Positions 26,867 to 36,907 of a DNA stretch of 51,206 nt are shown here, piece by piece. Numbering within the stretch: the stretch's first letter is position 1; each line of letters opens with the position of its first letter. The stretch is from a virus (lineage: Duplodnaviria > Caudoviricetes). The stretch covers positions 1-51,206 of IMG/VR virus record IMGVR_UViG_3300036823_000047; one strand, 5' to 3'. The notes beneath the pieces were generated by a model. That model saw only the letters and a list, made by a program, of their open reading frames with translations. It did no database searches and had not been told where the DNA came from. A program made the translations under genes and the position numbers.

Positions 26867-29049
26867 TTGGGTCCTCCTGTTGTCGCGTGGAAGATTTCCT
26901 TACCAGTCTCCGTGCGTGACGAAGAAATCTGACCGCGGTCTTTGAGTGTCAAGAAGATCTGGTTCGCCTGCTGTGATGTCAGGTGGTAGCTCTGCATCAG
27001 AGAGCTCCTGCTGATCCCTGGTCGCTTGGCGATAGCGCTAAGGATTCTTTCCAGATCCCGTTCGTAGGTCGTCTTGCCGATGCCGTTAACTACTTCGATG
27101 GCGTAGGCTCGCCACTGCTTGGTGAACCTAATGGCGTGCAGGATGTCGTTAACACCTACGATGACACCCTTCTCGTCCTTTCGTCCGGCGGCGAGAAGCA
27201 CTGCTGCCTTCAAAGTGTTCTTGGCTAGGCGGTCGAACAGGGGAGTCATGAGCTCGGGCTTCTCCGAGTCAAGCCCAGACTGGAGAAGAGCTCCTTCGAG
27301 CTCGTTGTACCTTTGCCATGCCTCTGGAGTTAGTTCCGCATCTGTACGTGCCTCCTCATTCATCTTCTGTCCGAGAGCCTTGATGTGTACGACTCTCGAC
27401 TGACCGTAGTGCTCGATCAGCTCTTCCATCTTCCGTATAAGGAAGTCCCGATTTCCAAGGTCCTTTGCTGTTGGAGGACCGAGGGGCTGAAGACGACTTG
27501 TATCGGACTCTGCAGTGACGAAGATGAAGCGTGGAATGAAACCGCTTGATACATGCTCATGAGTAAGCAGGCCTTGTACACGGTTTCTAATGCCTCCGGC
27601 GAGGATAAGAAGAATAGGATCACGTACAGTGATCTCCTCCTTGCGCAGGATACGTTTCTGCAGCTTCCCATCGTACAGCTTGGTGAGCACTTCGGCCATG
27701 CCAGCATAGTAGTCCTTCTTAGTGATCATCTCCAGAAGGCCGCTGAACTCGTCCCTCAAGAAGATCGAAGGGCGCCTCGGCCTCGTGGAGAGACCCTGCA
27801 TAAGGCCTTCTACTGAACCGTCCGTAGCTAGGATCGCGTCCGGGTCGACCTCCATCAGAAGGTCGGTGCAGATGTCCATCGCCGTCGACTTCCGTGTCAA
27901 CGTCGTGTCGCCCAGGATCATGAACCACAGGTTCGGAACAACGGGTCCGTAAGACGTCGGCAGGCTCACCCGTCCCGAAAGTAATGCACTCAGGATAGTG
28001 AAGGCACCTGCTTGATGGTATTGTGTAGCCGCATCGCCAAGGCTGCTGGCCCATTCGATGTACTCCTCTACGAAGCCACGTTCCTTCTCAGCGATGACCT
28101 CCTCTTCAGGAGTCATGAGCTCGGCGATCGCAGCTCCAGGGAACACAACAGCGTTCATGCGCTCCTGGTAGTTGACGAAGCCTCGACACACTTCTGTCCA
28201 GAGGTAGCTCTGGTCCTTACCATCCCTACGGTACTTGTTGCAGGCACTCGCCCAGGCTACTACGAAGACCTCTTCGCGGGTCATGCCCATCTCGAACAGT
28301 GACATCTCGAGCTTCCAGAGCTTCTCGCTCCAGGAAGTATCAGGCGTGACGGAGAACAGTTCATACGTAGCAGGAAGGAGGACACTCCGATACTTCTGGA
28401 GAATGTCCTCGGGCTCTTCTTGTGGCAATTGGTCCAGAGTGGGCATCGGCGTCTTCAGGAAGGCGCTGTGCTTGACCTCTGGGTACACTTCGAAGTCTTC
28501 GGCAATGTAGCGCGCTCCGTAGAAGGCTGCAACCTCCACGGTGGGCTTGCCGCTGTACTTGTAGTTGGGTGTAGACGGTACACGGAGCAGCTGTGTCAAG
28601 TCCCAACCGCTACGGTCACAACCATCGGCGGCGTGGAAGTAGGCGATGCGCTTACTGATATCCTCGGCAACGATAGGTGACACCGCATGGGTGAAGTGCC
28701 ACAGTGCTTGGTACCTACCAGGTGATGACTCCACAACCACTGTGGGCTGCACGGTCAACTTGTCGGGAGGACAACTATCCAAGTCAGCCCATGCTGAAGG
28801 GCACTGCTTGACGTTATCCTTGTGTCGACGTCGTGACTCGAACAGCTGGGGACAGTAGTACACATCGGCAAGGTACTTACCGTCGTTACAGTATCGGGCA
28901 GCCTTCTCCACTTCGGAAGGGTAGTGGAAGAACCTTTCGGTCATCTCCCGCTTGTGGCCACCCTCTTGAGACAGCAATGCAATACACAGATAGCCATCGG
29001 ACTCTACTCCGAAGGCCATCTTGAGGAAACCAACGATCGGTGATTCCAT
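26863..29049 (-). CDS. Primase-helicase (RepB-like primase plus DUF3987-like P-loop domain)
   Basis: WADLD, VESSPGRYQALW, LLRVPSTPNYKY; G...TRKST, DEFSG. Confidence 0.85.
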   Translation of the reverse strand: MESPIVGFLKMAFGVESDGYLCIALLSQEGGHKREMTERFFHYPSEVEKAARYCNDGKYLADVYYCPQLFESRRRHKDNVKQCPSAWADLDSCPPDKLTVQPTVVVESSPGRYQALWHFTHAVSPIVAEDISKRIAYFHAADGCDRSGWDLTQLLRVPSTPNYKYSGKPTVEVAAFYGARYIAEDFEVYPEVKHSAFLKTPMPTLDQLPQEEPEDILQKYRSVLLPATYELFSVTPDTSWSEKLWKLEMSLFEMGMTREEVFVVAWASACNKYRRDGKDQSYLWTEVCRGFVNYQERMNAVVFPGAAIAELMTPEEEVIAEKERGFVEEYIEWASSLGDAATQYHQAGAFTILSALLSGRVSLPTSYGPVVPNLWFMILGDTTLTRKSTAMDICTDLLMEVDPDAILATDGSVEGLMQGLSTRPRRPSIFLRDEFSGLLEMITKKDYYAGMAEVLTKLYDGKLQKRILRKEEITVRDPILLILAGGIRNRVQGLLTHEHVSSGFIPRFIFVTAESDTSRLQPLGPPTAKDLGNRDFLIRKMEELIEHYGQSRVVHIKALGQKMNEEARTDAELTPEAWQRYNELEGALLQSGLDSEKPELMTPLFDRLAKNTLKAAVLLAAGRKDEKGVIVGVNDILHAIRFTKQWRAYAIEVVNGIGKTTYERDLERILSAIAKRPGISRSSLMQSYHLTSQQANQIFLTLKDRGQISSSRTETGKEIFHATTGGPK

Positions 29050-29112
29050 ATACTGCCCATTGGGTTAGGGGAGGTCCCCCAGCAGGGTGCGCTGCCAGGG
29101 GACCTCAGTGGA

Positions 29113-29598
29113 TCAGGACGGCAGCAGGGAGCTGTTACCCGGAGTCGCCGAAGCGTTCGGGGCGCCGACACCCTTCTTGCGGTATCCGCCGATCTCGTTC
29201 TTGGCGTCGTACTCCTTCGTCTCGCCGGTCTTCTCGTCCTTGACCGAACGCTTCGGAGTGATCTTGACCTTCGCCACGACTTCCTGGCCCAGCAGTTCCT
29301 CGGGCTCGGGAACCTCGATCTCGCCGGCCTGCGTCTCGATGCCGAGGGCCTCGAGGAGCTGGTTCAGCGAGTACAGGGCGCCAGCGAAGAGCATGACGTT
29401 CGAGAAGACCTTGCGACCCTCGTGCTCGCCCTCGGCCACGGTGTGCTCGATGGCGTAGTACGGCTTGCCGAGGTTCTTGACCGACTTGCTCTCCCGCAGC
29501 TCCACGTCGGTGATGTTGAGCTTGTAGTAGCCCGACGGGATCGGCTCCAGGATGGAGGAGCTGGCTTCCTTCTCGGAAAGAACGACCTTGATACCCAT
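29113..29598 (-). CDS. DUF669-like single-stranded DNA-binding protein
   Basis: PIPSG.Y..ITDVE...G.HEGRKVF; adjacent to AAA ATPase. Confidence 0.75.
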   Translation of the reverse strand: MGIKVVLSEKEASSSILEPIPSGYYKLNITDVELRESKSVKNLGKPYYAIEHTVAEGEHEGRKVFSNVMLFAGALYSLNQLLEALGIETQAGEIEVPEPEELLGQEVVAKVKITPKRSVKDEKTGETKEYDAKNEIGGYRKKGVGAPNASATPGNSSLLPS

Positions 29599-30365
29599 TA
29601 CTTGGTTTCCTTTTTGGTGTAGTAGTTCAGGATAGTTTGCATCGTGACAGTTTCGTCGGCACCGATCACAGTTGGCATCGTGGCACCTCGCACCTTGGCG
29701 ACAGCGGTGTCCGTCTGTGCGGTGAGCATCAGCCGACGTTGCTCACCATCGACCTCTTGGTTGTACATGAAGAGGACGATATCGGGGATCTGGGGGACCT
29801 TCATCTGCAGCTTGCCGTTGAGGAGGGGCATCCACTTGTGCTTGCCCGTCTTGAGCTGTACTCGTTCGGCGTGTGCGATGAAGATCACATGCATCGGGAG
29901 GTCCCGATAGAGGCGGATGAGGCGCGTCAGGCGAACCTGCAGCTTGCCCCACTCGCGGATGCTGGGGATGTCCTCGTCCCGGGATTCGTTCTCCGGGTCA
30001 AGCTTCATCTCCTGCATCACTCTGTCCTTGGCGATCTCGTTGATCTCCGACAGAGAGTCGAGCACCACGGTACGGTATCCGTGGCCACCAGCCTTGAGGC
30101 TGTTGTAGATGTTGATGTAGTCCTGCCACTGCTTAGCAGGGAGGATCTCTACGTTGGGGTGTTCTCGGAGCGTGGCCTTACCGGCCTCAGCATCCAGATA
30201 CAGAACGTTACGCATGCTCGGGACACGCGAAGCAGAACCAGCCAACCAAGTCTTGCCAACTCCAGCCTCCCCATAGATGAGCATGTTCAGCTTGCTGACC
30301 TCGTTGGAGTCGGGCTTCTCGATCTTGAGCCCGGCGAAGGACGTGGGGGTAAGGATCTCACTCAC
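29598..30365 (-). CDS. AAA_24/Sak4-like ATPase
   Basis: YGEAGVGKT, LDAEAG, VVLDSLSE, IFIAH. Confidence 0.85.
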   Translation of the reverse strand: MSEILTPTSFAGLKIEKPDSNEVSKLNMLIYGEAGVGKTWLAGSASRVPSMRNVLYLDAEAGKATLREHPNVEILPAKQWQDYINIYNSLKAGGHGYRTVVLDSLSEINEIAKDRVMQEMKLDPENESRDEDIPSIREWGKLQVRLTRLIRLYRDLPMHVIFIAHAERVQLKTGKHKWMPLLNGKLQMKVPQIPDIVLFMYNQEVDGEQRRLMLTAQTDTAVAKVRGATMPTVIGADETVTMQTILNYYTKKETK

Positions 30366-31696
30366 AGCTTCTCCATTGTCCTGTCAGTGGACGGCTTGGC
30401 ATCTTCCCAGTAGTGCCTGTCCTTGTGATCGTACATCGTGTCCAAGGCGTACTGGTAATCCTCACCACGGTTCTTACCGAGACACGGCTCCCAGAAGGCA
30501 CAGCCTCCGAAGTTACCGAAGCCCTTACAGTGGAAGCGTCCCTGACTAGGGTAGATGTTCAGCTCAGGATTGGTCATCTCCTTCGCTTCCATCCAGATGT
30601 TCTTGCCTGCCTCGACGCACTCCACGTGGTTACGGTACACAGCGTGCCAGGCATGGAAGGCAGGACCTTCTTGCTGGAGGAACTGTATGTGCTCGTTGTA
30701 CAGACCTGCCTCGAAGGCCTCTGGGTCGTTCTGCTCGACGGTCGTCTGGTAGAGTTCCCAGTTAGTGTTCATGGACTTGTTCACACTGAACAGCCGACCG
30801 AGGCGACGAAGCTTCAGAGGCTCGGGCTCTTCTGGAACGGCCTTCTTGATCTCCGCGTAGATGAACCCTACGACCGGAATACCAATGAGTCGAAGAGCCC
30901 ATACGTAAGCAGTGATCTGATCGTCATTCCAGAGGTACTCATCCGATGTCTCGGTCCCTGATAACCGTGCCGCGGTCTTCCAGTCGACGATCCAAAGGTT
31001 TCCTTCAGCATCTTCAAAAATCGCATCGAGTCGTCCTCCATAGGTTACGGGCAGGCCCTTCCACGAGTGCTTCATGTGCCAGGCCTTCTGAATGTTGTCA
31101 CCATCCCTTGCGGGGTCGTACCATGTACCGCCGATGGGAACGTTGATCAAGTGCCACTTGTCCGACATGTACTTCTCGTAGCGCCTACGACAGTGGTCGC
31201 ACTTGCACCAGAGGTCCTGCTCACCCGTGTAAGGGTTCGCAACAGGTACCTCGAACTTGATCTCGACCTTGACAGGCTTGAGACCGTTGTGCTGCCTCGG
31301 TGCTACTTTCGTGAAGTAGTAGTCAAGCATCGCCACGCCGAGGTCAACACGGTCTTTATAGTCCGCGGACATCTCGGGGTCGATGTCTCCGTTGAGCCTG
31401 ACGTAGTTGAGTCGCTGCTCTCGGGTGACTCGCTTGAAGGTTCCCACAGCCACAGCCAGAGAAGCCGAGGGGTCGGGGTTGACGAATAGACCAAGGTAGG
31501 ACCGGTAGTACTCTTCCATCGCCGCGTGGAATGCAACACCGAACTCGAGGGGTCGTGGGGTGATTCGTGGGTAGTAGAATTGACGTGAGATCCAATCCCA
31601 ACGACGACGACATCCACGGAAGCTCCTCCGTTCTGAAGTGTGAATGGAATGGGTAAGGTCGGCCGTGATGTAATCGTTTACAGTTTCCAGTGTCAT
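30362..31696 (-). CDS. Cas4/AddB-like PD-(D/E)xK exonuclease
   Basis: FRGCRRRW, FG.AFH, GRLD, IVDWKT, C-terminal Cys cluster; extra CxCxxC insert. Confidence 0.85.
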   Translation of the reverse strand: MTLETVNDYITADLTHSIHTSERRSFRGCRRRWDWISRQFYYPRITPRPLEFGVAFHAAMEEYYRSYLGLFVNPDPSASLAVAVGTFKRVTREQRLNYVRLNGDIDPEMSADYKDRVDLGVAMLDYYFTKVAPRQHNGLKPVKVEIKFEVPVANPYTGEQDLWCKCDHCRRRYEKYMSDKWHLINVPIGGTWYDPARDGDNIQKAWHMKHSWKGLPVTYGGRLDAIFEDAEGNLWIVDWKTAARLSGTETSDEYLWNDDQITAYVWALRLIGIPVVGFIYAEIKKAVPEEPEPLKLRRLGRLFSVNKSMNTNWELYQTTVEQNDPEAFEAGLYNEHIQFLQQEGPAFHAWHAVYRNHVECVEAGKNIWMEAKEMTNPELNIYPSQGRFHCKGFGNFGGCAFWEPCLGKNRGEDYQYALDTMYDHKDRHYWEDAKPSTDRTMEKL

Positions 31697-31728
31697 CGTG
31701 AACCTCGTGTTGTTCTTTGTGTCTCTAT

Positions 31729-31757
31729 AGTATATAACGCCCACAAAGGGAAATCAC
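31729..31757 (-). promoter_or_regulatory. Promoter for recombination/replication operon
   Basis: GTGATT-N17-TATACT on minus strand. Confidence 0.5.
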
Positions 31758-31774
31758 GGCCGCCCTTTGATCTT

Positions 31775-32029
31775 TTACTGCCAGAGCTCTTCGTGTCTCT
31801 CTTCCAGTTCCTTCTCCTTTCGTATGTCATAATCCTTCTGCCAGAGCTCCTTGCAACACTCCCAGCTGTTAGGGCCAGGACAATCGGGATGATGCGTATT
31901 TCCTACTCGAGTGTTCGAGTAAGGAATAGGCTCACCTGTGTAGCTCTCGTCCTCGTAGGGTCCGAAGATAGTGTCCTCGTGCATCATGTCGTCGTAGTAC
32001 TGCTCGTAGTCAGGATCCCAATCCGTCAT
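31775..32029 (-). CDS. Acidic hypothetical protein
   Basis: ATGA coupling; HxxxC...CC. Confidence 0.6.
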   Translation of the reverse strand: MTDWDPDYEQYYDDMMHEDTIFGPYEDESYTGEPIPYSNTRVGNTHHPDCPGPNSWECCKELWQKDYDIRKEKELEERHEELWQ

Positions 32030-32250
32030 GTCGCAACAGGTCCTCGAGTCATCTCTTGTGCCACCTCGATGCTGGTACTGAAGCAGATGATCTCGAACGT
32101 CTGACCATCTACTCCAATGCGGTTGAGCATCTCTACCGTCATCTCGTAGCTACGACGCTCCCAACCCAAGTAGCCATCGCTCCGACGGTAGATCGTGTAG
32201 ACCCACTTCTTGTTGGGGAAGTAGTGCATCCCCTGGCCCGCCTTGGCCAT
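32026..32250 (-). CDS. Hypothetical protein
   Basis: TAATG coupling at 32250. Confidence 0.6.
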   Translation of the reverse strand: MAKAGQGMHYFPNKKWVYTIYRRSDGYLGWERRSYEMTVEMLNRIGVDGQTFEIICFSTSIEVAQEMTRGPVAT

Positions 32251-32639
32251 TAGGGGAGCTTCTCCGGAATACGCCAGCCACGTCGATCGGCCCTGAAGCC
32301 CATGTAGTACACACGCTCCTTGGGGTCGACGTCCTTCTCCAGAAGGTTGTACGGGTGCTGTAGTGCTCCCGCCTTGGGCTTCGAGCACTTGGCACAGACC
32401 CACCAGCCGTACTTGACGGACTTGGCAGACCACTCCTTCTTGTCCAGGCACTCGCAGAACATGGTAGGTACCGCATAGACCTGCGTCACCTTCCACTCAC
32501 TCGAAGGTTTGTTGACAGATACCTCGTCCTCGAGCTTCGGGTGCGGCTTGCTGAACAAGACGTACCCGTTCTGGATTGCCTCAACGAAGGCGTCGGCCTC
32601 TTCGTTGTCCGGAATTTCAACGACCACGAACCTGGCCAT
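32250..32639 (-). CDS. Hypothetical Zn-ribbon protein
   Basis: GGAG RBS; CxC...CxxC. Confidence 0.65.
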   Translation of the reverse strand: MARFVVVEIPDNEEADAFVEAIQNGYVLFSKPHPKLEDEVSVNKPSSEWKVTQVYAVPTMFCECLDKKEWSAKSVKYGWWVCAKCSKPKAGALQHPYNLLEKDVDPKERVYYMGFRADRRGWRIPEKLP

Positions 32640-32943
32640 CACGAATCTCCTGGAGTAGTAGGTTGGTACGCTGCTGCTCAGCGACGAGCGCGTAGACACC
32701 CTTGGCGATAGCCATCAGAGCCCACGTGCGACTCTGAGCCATGTGCCACTTGTTGTCGCTGATCAGAGTCTTGGCTACGGTCGACTCGCCGAACTTGATC
32801 TTGGCGAGCCTTGCCTCATTGGGAGTACCTGTGGACAGAGTTGCCTCGTCCATGCCACGGAAGAACGTCTCGCGTGCCTTAACAGCCTTGTCAAGGAACC
32901 CACCCGCCTTACCGAGTAGGACACGCATGCCATCGTTAACCAT
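32617..32943 (-). CDS. Hypothetical protein
   Basis: GAGGAGG RBS then GTTAAAC-ATG. Confidence 0.65.
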   Translation of the reverse strand: MVNDGMRVLLGKAGGFLDKAVKARETFFRGMDEATLSTGTPNEARLAKIKFGESTVAKTLISDNKWHMAQSRTWALMAIAKGVYALVAEQQRTNLLLQEIRDGQVRGR

Positions 32944-33034
32944 GTTTAACCCTCCTCTCATGTCGCCACAATGCTCCACACGGGCTTGCTGTCCCAAGTG
33001 AAATCCCTAGGATGGAATTCACGTGCGTGTGGAG
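32944..33034. repeat. Element A half site plus outward-facing second arm
   Basis: GTTTAAC 32944-32950, N23, CTCCACACG 32974-32982; CGTGTGGAG 33026-33034. Confidence 0.85.
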
Positions 33035-33042
33035 CACTGAAG

Positions 33043-33261
33043 CTACACGTCAGTCGGTTGTGTAACTTGGGCCGTCTTGCAGTGGCCGTAGCTCTCGTGA
33101 CGCTCGTTCGTACACGGCGCCAGGAACTTGTGGTAGTGAACGTAGGTCGCCTCGCCCGCGGTGGCCTGCTTGCGGCTCTGCTGGGCTACGACATCCGCGT
33201 CGATCTGGTCAGGGACGATGTACTTGTGGTGATCGGCGAAGACGCCGTGCACCTCATGCAT
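33043..33261 (-). CDS. Hypothetical His/Cys-containing protein
   Basis: Coupled ORF in minus-strand operon. Confidence 0.55.
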   Translation of the reverse strand: MHEVHGVFADHHKYIVPDQIDADVVAQQSRKQATAGEATYVHYHKFLAPCTNERHESYGHCKTAQVTQPTDV

Positions 33262-33520
33262 CCTTGACGATCTCCATCTTCATGTCGTTCTCGGTGTCGT
33301 AGTCACCACCGGCGATGAACTCTTCGAGGTCGAAGTCACCCTCGACGATGAAGCGGCGGTCGTACTCGAGCATCTCTTCCGGCGTCAGGTTGTCCTGCTC
33401 CTCCGTCGAGAGCTCGATCTCGCTGCGCGAGTCGTCGAGGACCTTGTTGTACGCCGACCGGTCGAAGTCGAAGTTCTTCAGGGTGATGGTGACCTTGACG
33501 GTGATGGGAGACTCAGTCAT
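33254..33520 (-). CDS. Acidic hypothetical protein
   Basis: TAATG coupling, high GC3. Confidence 0.65.
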   Translation of the reverse strand: MTESPITVKVTITLKNFDFDRSAYNKVLDDSRSEIELSTEEQDNLTPEEMLEYDRRFIVEGDFDLEEFIAGGDYDTENDMKMEIVKDA

Positions 33521-33849
33521 TACCATTTCCTTCCGGTGATGTCGCGGTGCTGGACCTTCTTGGAGCTGTGCTTGCTGACGCACGGCTGGGCGTAGCTGAC
33601 GGTGGTCGTGTCGTGCCGACCGATCTGCGTTGCGGTGGAGGAGCGACCCTCGAAGAAGGTCTCGTGGTTGGCCAGGGAGTGGATGCAGCCGTTGCCGCCG
33701 GGGATGAGGGGCAGTCCGGCGAGGTGCTTACGGGCGTGGTAGGGGAGGCGGTTCTTCTTCTTCGGGTTGCGTCGTGCCTGGCTGACGCCGAACACACTCC
33801 CCATGTTTCGGAGGTGCACTCCTGCGAGCTCGTTCGTTCCGAGTTGCAT
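33520..33849 (-). CDS. Basic hypothetical protein
   Basis: TGATG coupling, high GC3. Confidence 0.6.
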   Translation of the reverse strand: MQLGTNELAGVHLRNMGSVFGVSQARRNPKKKNRLPYHARKHLAGLPLIPGGNGCIHSLANHETFFEGRSSTATQIGRHDTTTVSYAQPCVSKHSSKKVQHRDITGRKW

Positions 33850-34208
33850 CAGTTACCGATTCCCTTCATCTCGTTGCTGAACTGGTTGATGGCCATCTGG
33901 ATGTGGACCCAGACGTACCACGCTTCGACGAGGCTGATGACGACCGCGATGCAGGTGAGGATGATGACGATGTTCGTGAAGATCTGGAACCAGTGCAGGC
34001 TCTCCTTGGCCTCGAGCAGTTCCTGCTGGGCTGCCATGGGCCAGGCCTCGTCGCACTGCAGCTCACCGATGGGACCGTGACACGATGCACGGTGCATGTG
34101 TGCTGTGCCAGCCGTTGCCTGCCTGTCCATGTACATCTCCTCTGCATTCCGGTACGGCCCCTTGCCGCCGAAGCCACAGTTACTGCCTCGTGGGATTTCA
34201 TGCTGCAT
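33849..34208 (-). CDS. Hypothetical membrane protein
   Basis: One hydrophobic segment (FTNIVIILTCIAVVISLV). Confidence 0.55.
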   Translation of the reverse strand: MQHEIPRGSNCGFGGKGPYRNAEEMYMDRQATAGTAHMHRASCHGPIGELQCDEAWPMAAQQELLEAKESLHWFQIFTNIVIILTCIAVVISLVEAWYVWVHIQMAINQFSNEMKGIGN

Positions 34209-35736
34209 TGGCTCGCTCCTTTGGGTCCAGTAGTTGCTTCAACCAAGTCCACTTGAGTTCGATCTTGTCATTACGTGCGGCGTCAATGGTATCTCGTGCG
34301 ACGAGTACAATGATGAAGACAGCGTTCTTCTGTCCCAGACGGTGAAGACGATCCTCAGCCTGTCGATTCGCCGAGGGACTCCATGCCAGATCGAGGAAAA
34401 TGCACGTCGAAGCAGCAGTGAGGGTGATACCGACCCCGCCTGCCTTAATGGTACTGAGAAACACTCGAAGGCGTCCAGCTTGGAAGTCCTCAACATGCTG
34501 ATCACGATCCGCTTGTTTCGTGTCACCAGTAAGAACCCCAGTGGGTATGCCAGCCGCGTTAAGCCTGGCCGCCAGTAGGTTGATCGCCTGCTTGCTCTGT
34601 CCGAAAACCACGACCTGTTCATGAGTTCCCTCAATGAGTTCCATGGCCGCGTCGAGCTTGCTGCTCGGCTCGTCTAGTACAAGTTGCTGAACATCCCTGT
34701 ACATCCTTGTCCCCACCGGAAGATCTAGGTGGAGACCCTGCTGGTGGTGATGCTCTTCAATCTTACCTGCAAAGCTCTTCGCCACCTGCAGCTTGCCGTA
34801 CGCTACTGCGAACTGCTGCAAACGAACCAGCTGGCTGATCACTACTGGTGCTGCTACCGGCTGATCCTCGTTCTGTCCTACCCACGCCAGCATGGACTTC
34901 TCCATCTGGTCGTACGTCCGTCGCTGCAGTGGAAGGAGGTCTACCTCTCGCCGCTCCCAGGTCTTGTCTGGCATGTCCTTCCAGACAGCTACCTTGGTAC
35001 GTCGTACGTAGGCATTGCCCATCTGTGCGTGGACTTCGTGTTCGTGTTCGAACCCTACGATCTCGGTGTACGCACGCTTGTGCTGCTTACTGCACTCGAG
35101 ACAGAAGCCCTCGTCATGCTTCTTCTGCTTGACGTGGTAGTTGAAGAAGCCCCAGTAGCTGGTGAACTTCCTCGGCCAGAGCCAGTTCAAGACCGACCAA
35201 GCATCGTCGGGCCTATTGTCCGCCCAAGTACCACTTAGCCCCGTCTTGTAGAACGTGCGAAGCTTCTTGAAGACCTGGCTCTGTTGTGCCTTCCTGTTCT
35301 TGATGTTGTGGATCTCGTCGCCGATTACGTGGAACCAGTCCACGGCCTTGAGCTCTTCCGCCATGAACCGCAGTGATTGCCAGTGACAGATGTAGACCTG
35401 TACGCTGGGGTCCTTCAGGGCGGTCAGGAACTTGCTTCGGTTCTTGCGGTCGAGCTCAACGACCTTCAACCATGGTGCCCACGTAGCGTAGTGCTTACGC
35501 CAAGAGCCCATGACGGACGTCTGGGTAACCACCAGCGACTTGGCCTGGTAGTCGTTCTTGTACATCTGTCGCCTGTAGACATCCAGTGCGATAGCTTCGA
35601 CGGTCTTGCCAAGGCCCATGTCGTCACCGATCAGAGCCGAAGTGTCTCCATGTCCTCCCTGGCTAGCTGCCGTGACTCGCTGGTGCTCGAGTAGCTGTGC
35701 TACACACACCTTCTGGAAGTCGTACAGTTCAGGCAT
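34198..35736 (-). CDS. SNF2-family helicase
   Basis: DDMGLGKT, DEIH, LSGT, GGVGITL, QAEDRLHRLGQ. Confidence 0.93.
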   Translation of the reverse strand: MPELYDFQKVCVAQLLEHQRVTAASQGGHGDTSALIGDDMGLGKTVEAIALDVYRRQMYKNDYQAKSLVVTQTSVMGSWRKHYATWAPWLKVVELDRKNRSKFLTALKDPSVQVYICHWQSLRFMAEELKAVDWFHVIGDEIHNIKNRKAQQSQVFKKLRTFYKTGLSGTWADNRPDDAWSVLNWLWPRKFTSYWGFFNYHVKQKKHDEGFCLECSKQHKRAYTEIVGFEHEHEVHAQMGNAYVRRTKVAVWKDMPDKTWERREVDLLPLQRRTYDQMEKSMLAWVGQNEDQPVAAPVVISQLVRLQQFAVAYGKLQVAKSFAGKIEEHHHQQGLHLDLPVGTRMYRDVQQLVLDEPSSKLDAAMELIEGTHEQVVVFGQSKQAINLLAARLNAAGIPTGVLTGDTKQADRDQHVEDFQAGRLRVFLSTIKAGGVGITLTAASTCIFLDLAWSPSANRQAEDRLHRLGQKNAVFIIVLVARDTIDAARNDKIELKWTWLKQLLDPKERANAA

Positions 35737-35737
35737 C

Positions 35738-36121
35738 TTATCCGTCCATCCTTGAACATGCATCGCACTCGTGGCGATCGCCGTACTTTCCGATCACAAC
35801 GTCACAGAACCTCATGTTACTAGTTACCCAATAGAAGGCATCCCAATACGTCAGGAGGTGAATGTTCAGAGGACTCGGTCGCACTCCGCACAGTGCCACT
35901 GCACGAATGTACAACTTGTCATTGACCATCACCACTGTCGAGCGACCCTTGTCCAACTCGTGGATGACGCTCGCCTTCGGAACCAGACTCGTGAACCTGT
36001 CTGCCTTGATCTCCGCCTTCAGAGGTACTGCTTGACGGATCTGCAGGTTGAGTACGTATCTCAATTGTGTCAAGGACATCACCTGTCGCCCTGCAGTACC
36101 AGTGAATGTACGACTTACCAT
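35738..36121 (-). CDS. Hypothetical protein (frame uncertain)
   Basis: ORF abutting helicase start; a competing frame 35919-36320 exists. Confidence 0.4.
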   Translation of the reverse strand: MVSRTFTGTAGRQVMSLTQLRYVLNLQIRQAVPLKAEIKADRFTSLVPKASVIHELDKGRSTVVMVNDKLYIRAVALCGVRPSPLNIHLLTYWDAFYWVTSNMRFCDVVIGKYGDRHECDACSRMDG

Positions 36122-36231
36122 TCCACCTCTCCGGTCTGAAGCCTAACAGTGCGGATTTGTAGCCGTGTCGCTGGCGGTGGTGATGGCACCATACTCCGTC
36201 CTCCTTGAGTGCATTGCCTTCACCTGTCCAG

Positions 36232-36507
36232 TCAGCTCCCTGATGCTTCTTCCTCCGCCTGTATATCTTCGTCGGTTCGGTTCCACTGCCCCAGTCGGAA
36301 GAACTTGTCGGCGTCGTCAACGACTACCACCTTCCTCCCGCACTCGCAGGTAGACCATTCCAGTCTACGACTCCGAAGAGCTGCATAGACCTTCTGAGGA
36401 TAGATCCCTCGAAGCTTGGCATACTGGATAGGCGGCAGCTTGGTCGCCCCTTCGAGGTCGTCCTTCTTCATCTGCTCGATGAGATCGTCCAGATTGCCGC
36501 CCGTCAT
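36232..36507 (-). CDS. HTH (Xis/MerR-like) DNA-binding protein, PQxxY family
   Basis: PPIQYAKLRGIYPQKVY. Confidence 0.6.
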   Translation of the reverse strand: MTGGNLDDLIEQMKKDDLEGATKLPPIQYAKLRGIYPQKVYAALRSRRLEWSTCECGRKVVVVDDADKFFRLGQWNRTDEDIQAEEEASGS

Positions 36508-36508
36508 A

Positions 36509-36892
36509 TCAGCTGACCTTTACCATCCGCCAGATGTTCGTAAAGTCGTCCACCACGACCAGCTCGGAGCCATCGTCGACACTCTTGATGACCGTGACGT
36601 TCATGTCGTAGATGTCCTTCGTGACCATCTTCTCCTCGGGAGGAAGAACCTTAGCAGCGATGAACTCCTGTGACGGCTCGATCAGACGCCACACGTGCTG
36701 CTGGATCCTCTCGATGGGGTTCTCGCTCCTCACGATGTCCGCCATCGCCTGGACGATCTGGGTGTGATTCCAGGTACCCTTGAAGTGCTTCTCGAGCTCC
36801 CTGAGTGTGACGATCCTGTTAGGGTAGGCGTAGAAGTACTGCACGCAGTCATTACGCAACCCCCTCTTGTATGTCGGAGCCTCTTTAGTCAT
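36509..36892 (-). CDS. Hypothetical, possible winged helix
   Basis: GAGG RBS; PNRIVTLREL...IERIQQHVWRL. Confidence 0.55.
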   Translation of the reverse strand: MTKEAPTYKRGLRNDCVQYFYAYPNRIVTLRELEKHFKGTWNHTQIVQAMADIVRSENPIERIQQHVWRLIEPSQEFIAAKVLPPEEKMVTKDIYDMNVTVIKSVDDGSELVVVDDFTNIWRMVKVS

Positions 36893-36907
36893 CGTTTCCT
36901 CGTTTCA

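Noticed and set aside
30362-31696. CRISPR-Cas system from Cas4-like gene
   Set aside because: No cas1/cas2 or array; the context (AAA ATPase, SSB) is a standard phage recombination module
7536-33940. Other CTGATGA matches as additional hammerheads
   Set aside because: Those I noticed lie within CDS, and I saw no matching GAAA and stem arrangement; not exhaustively scanned
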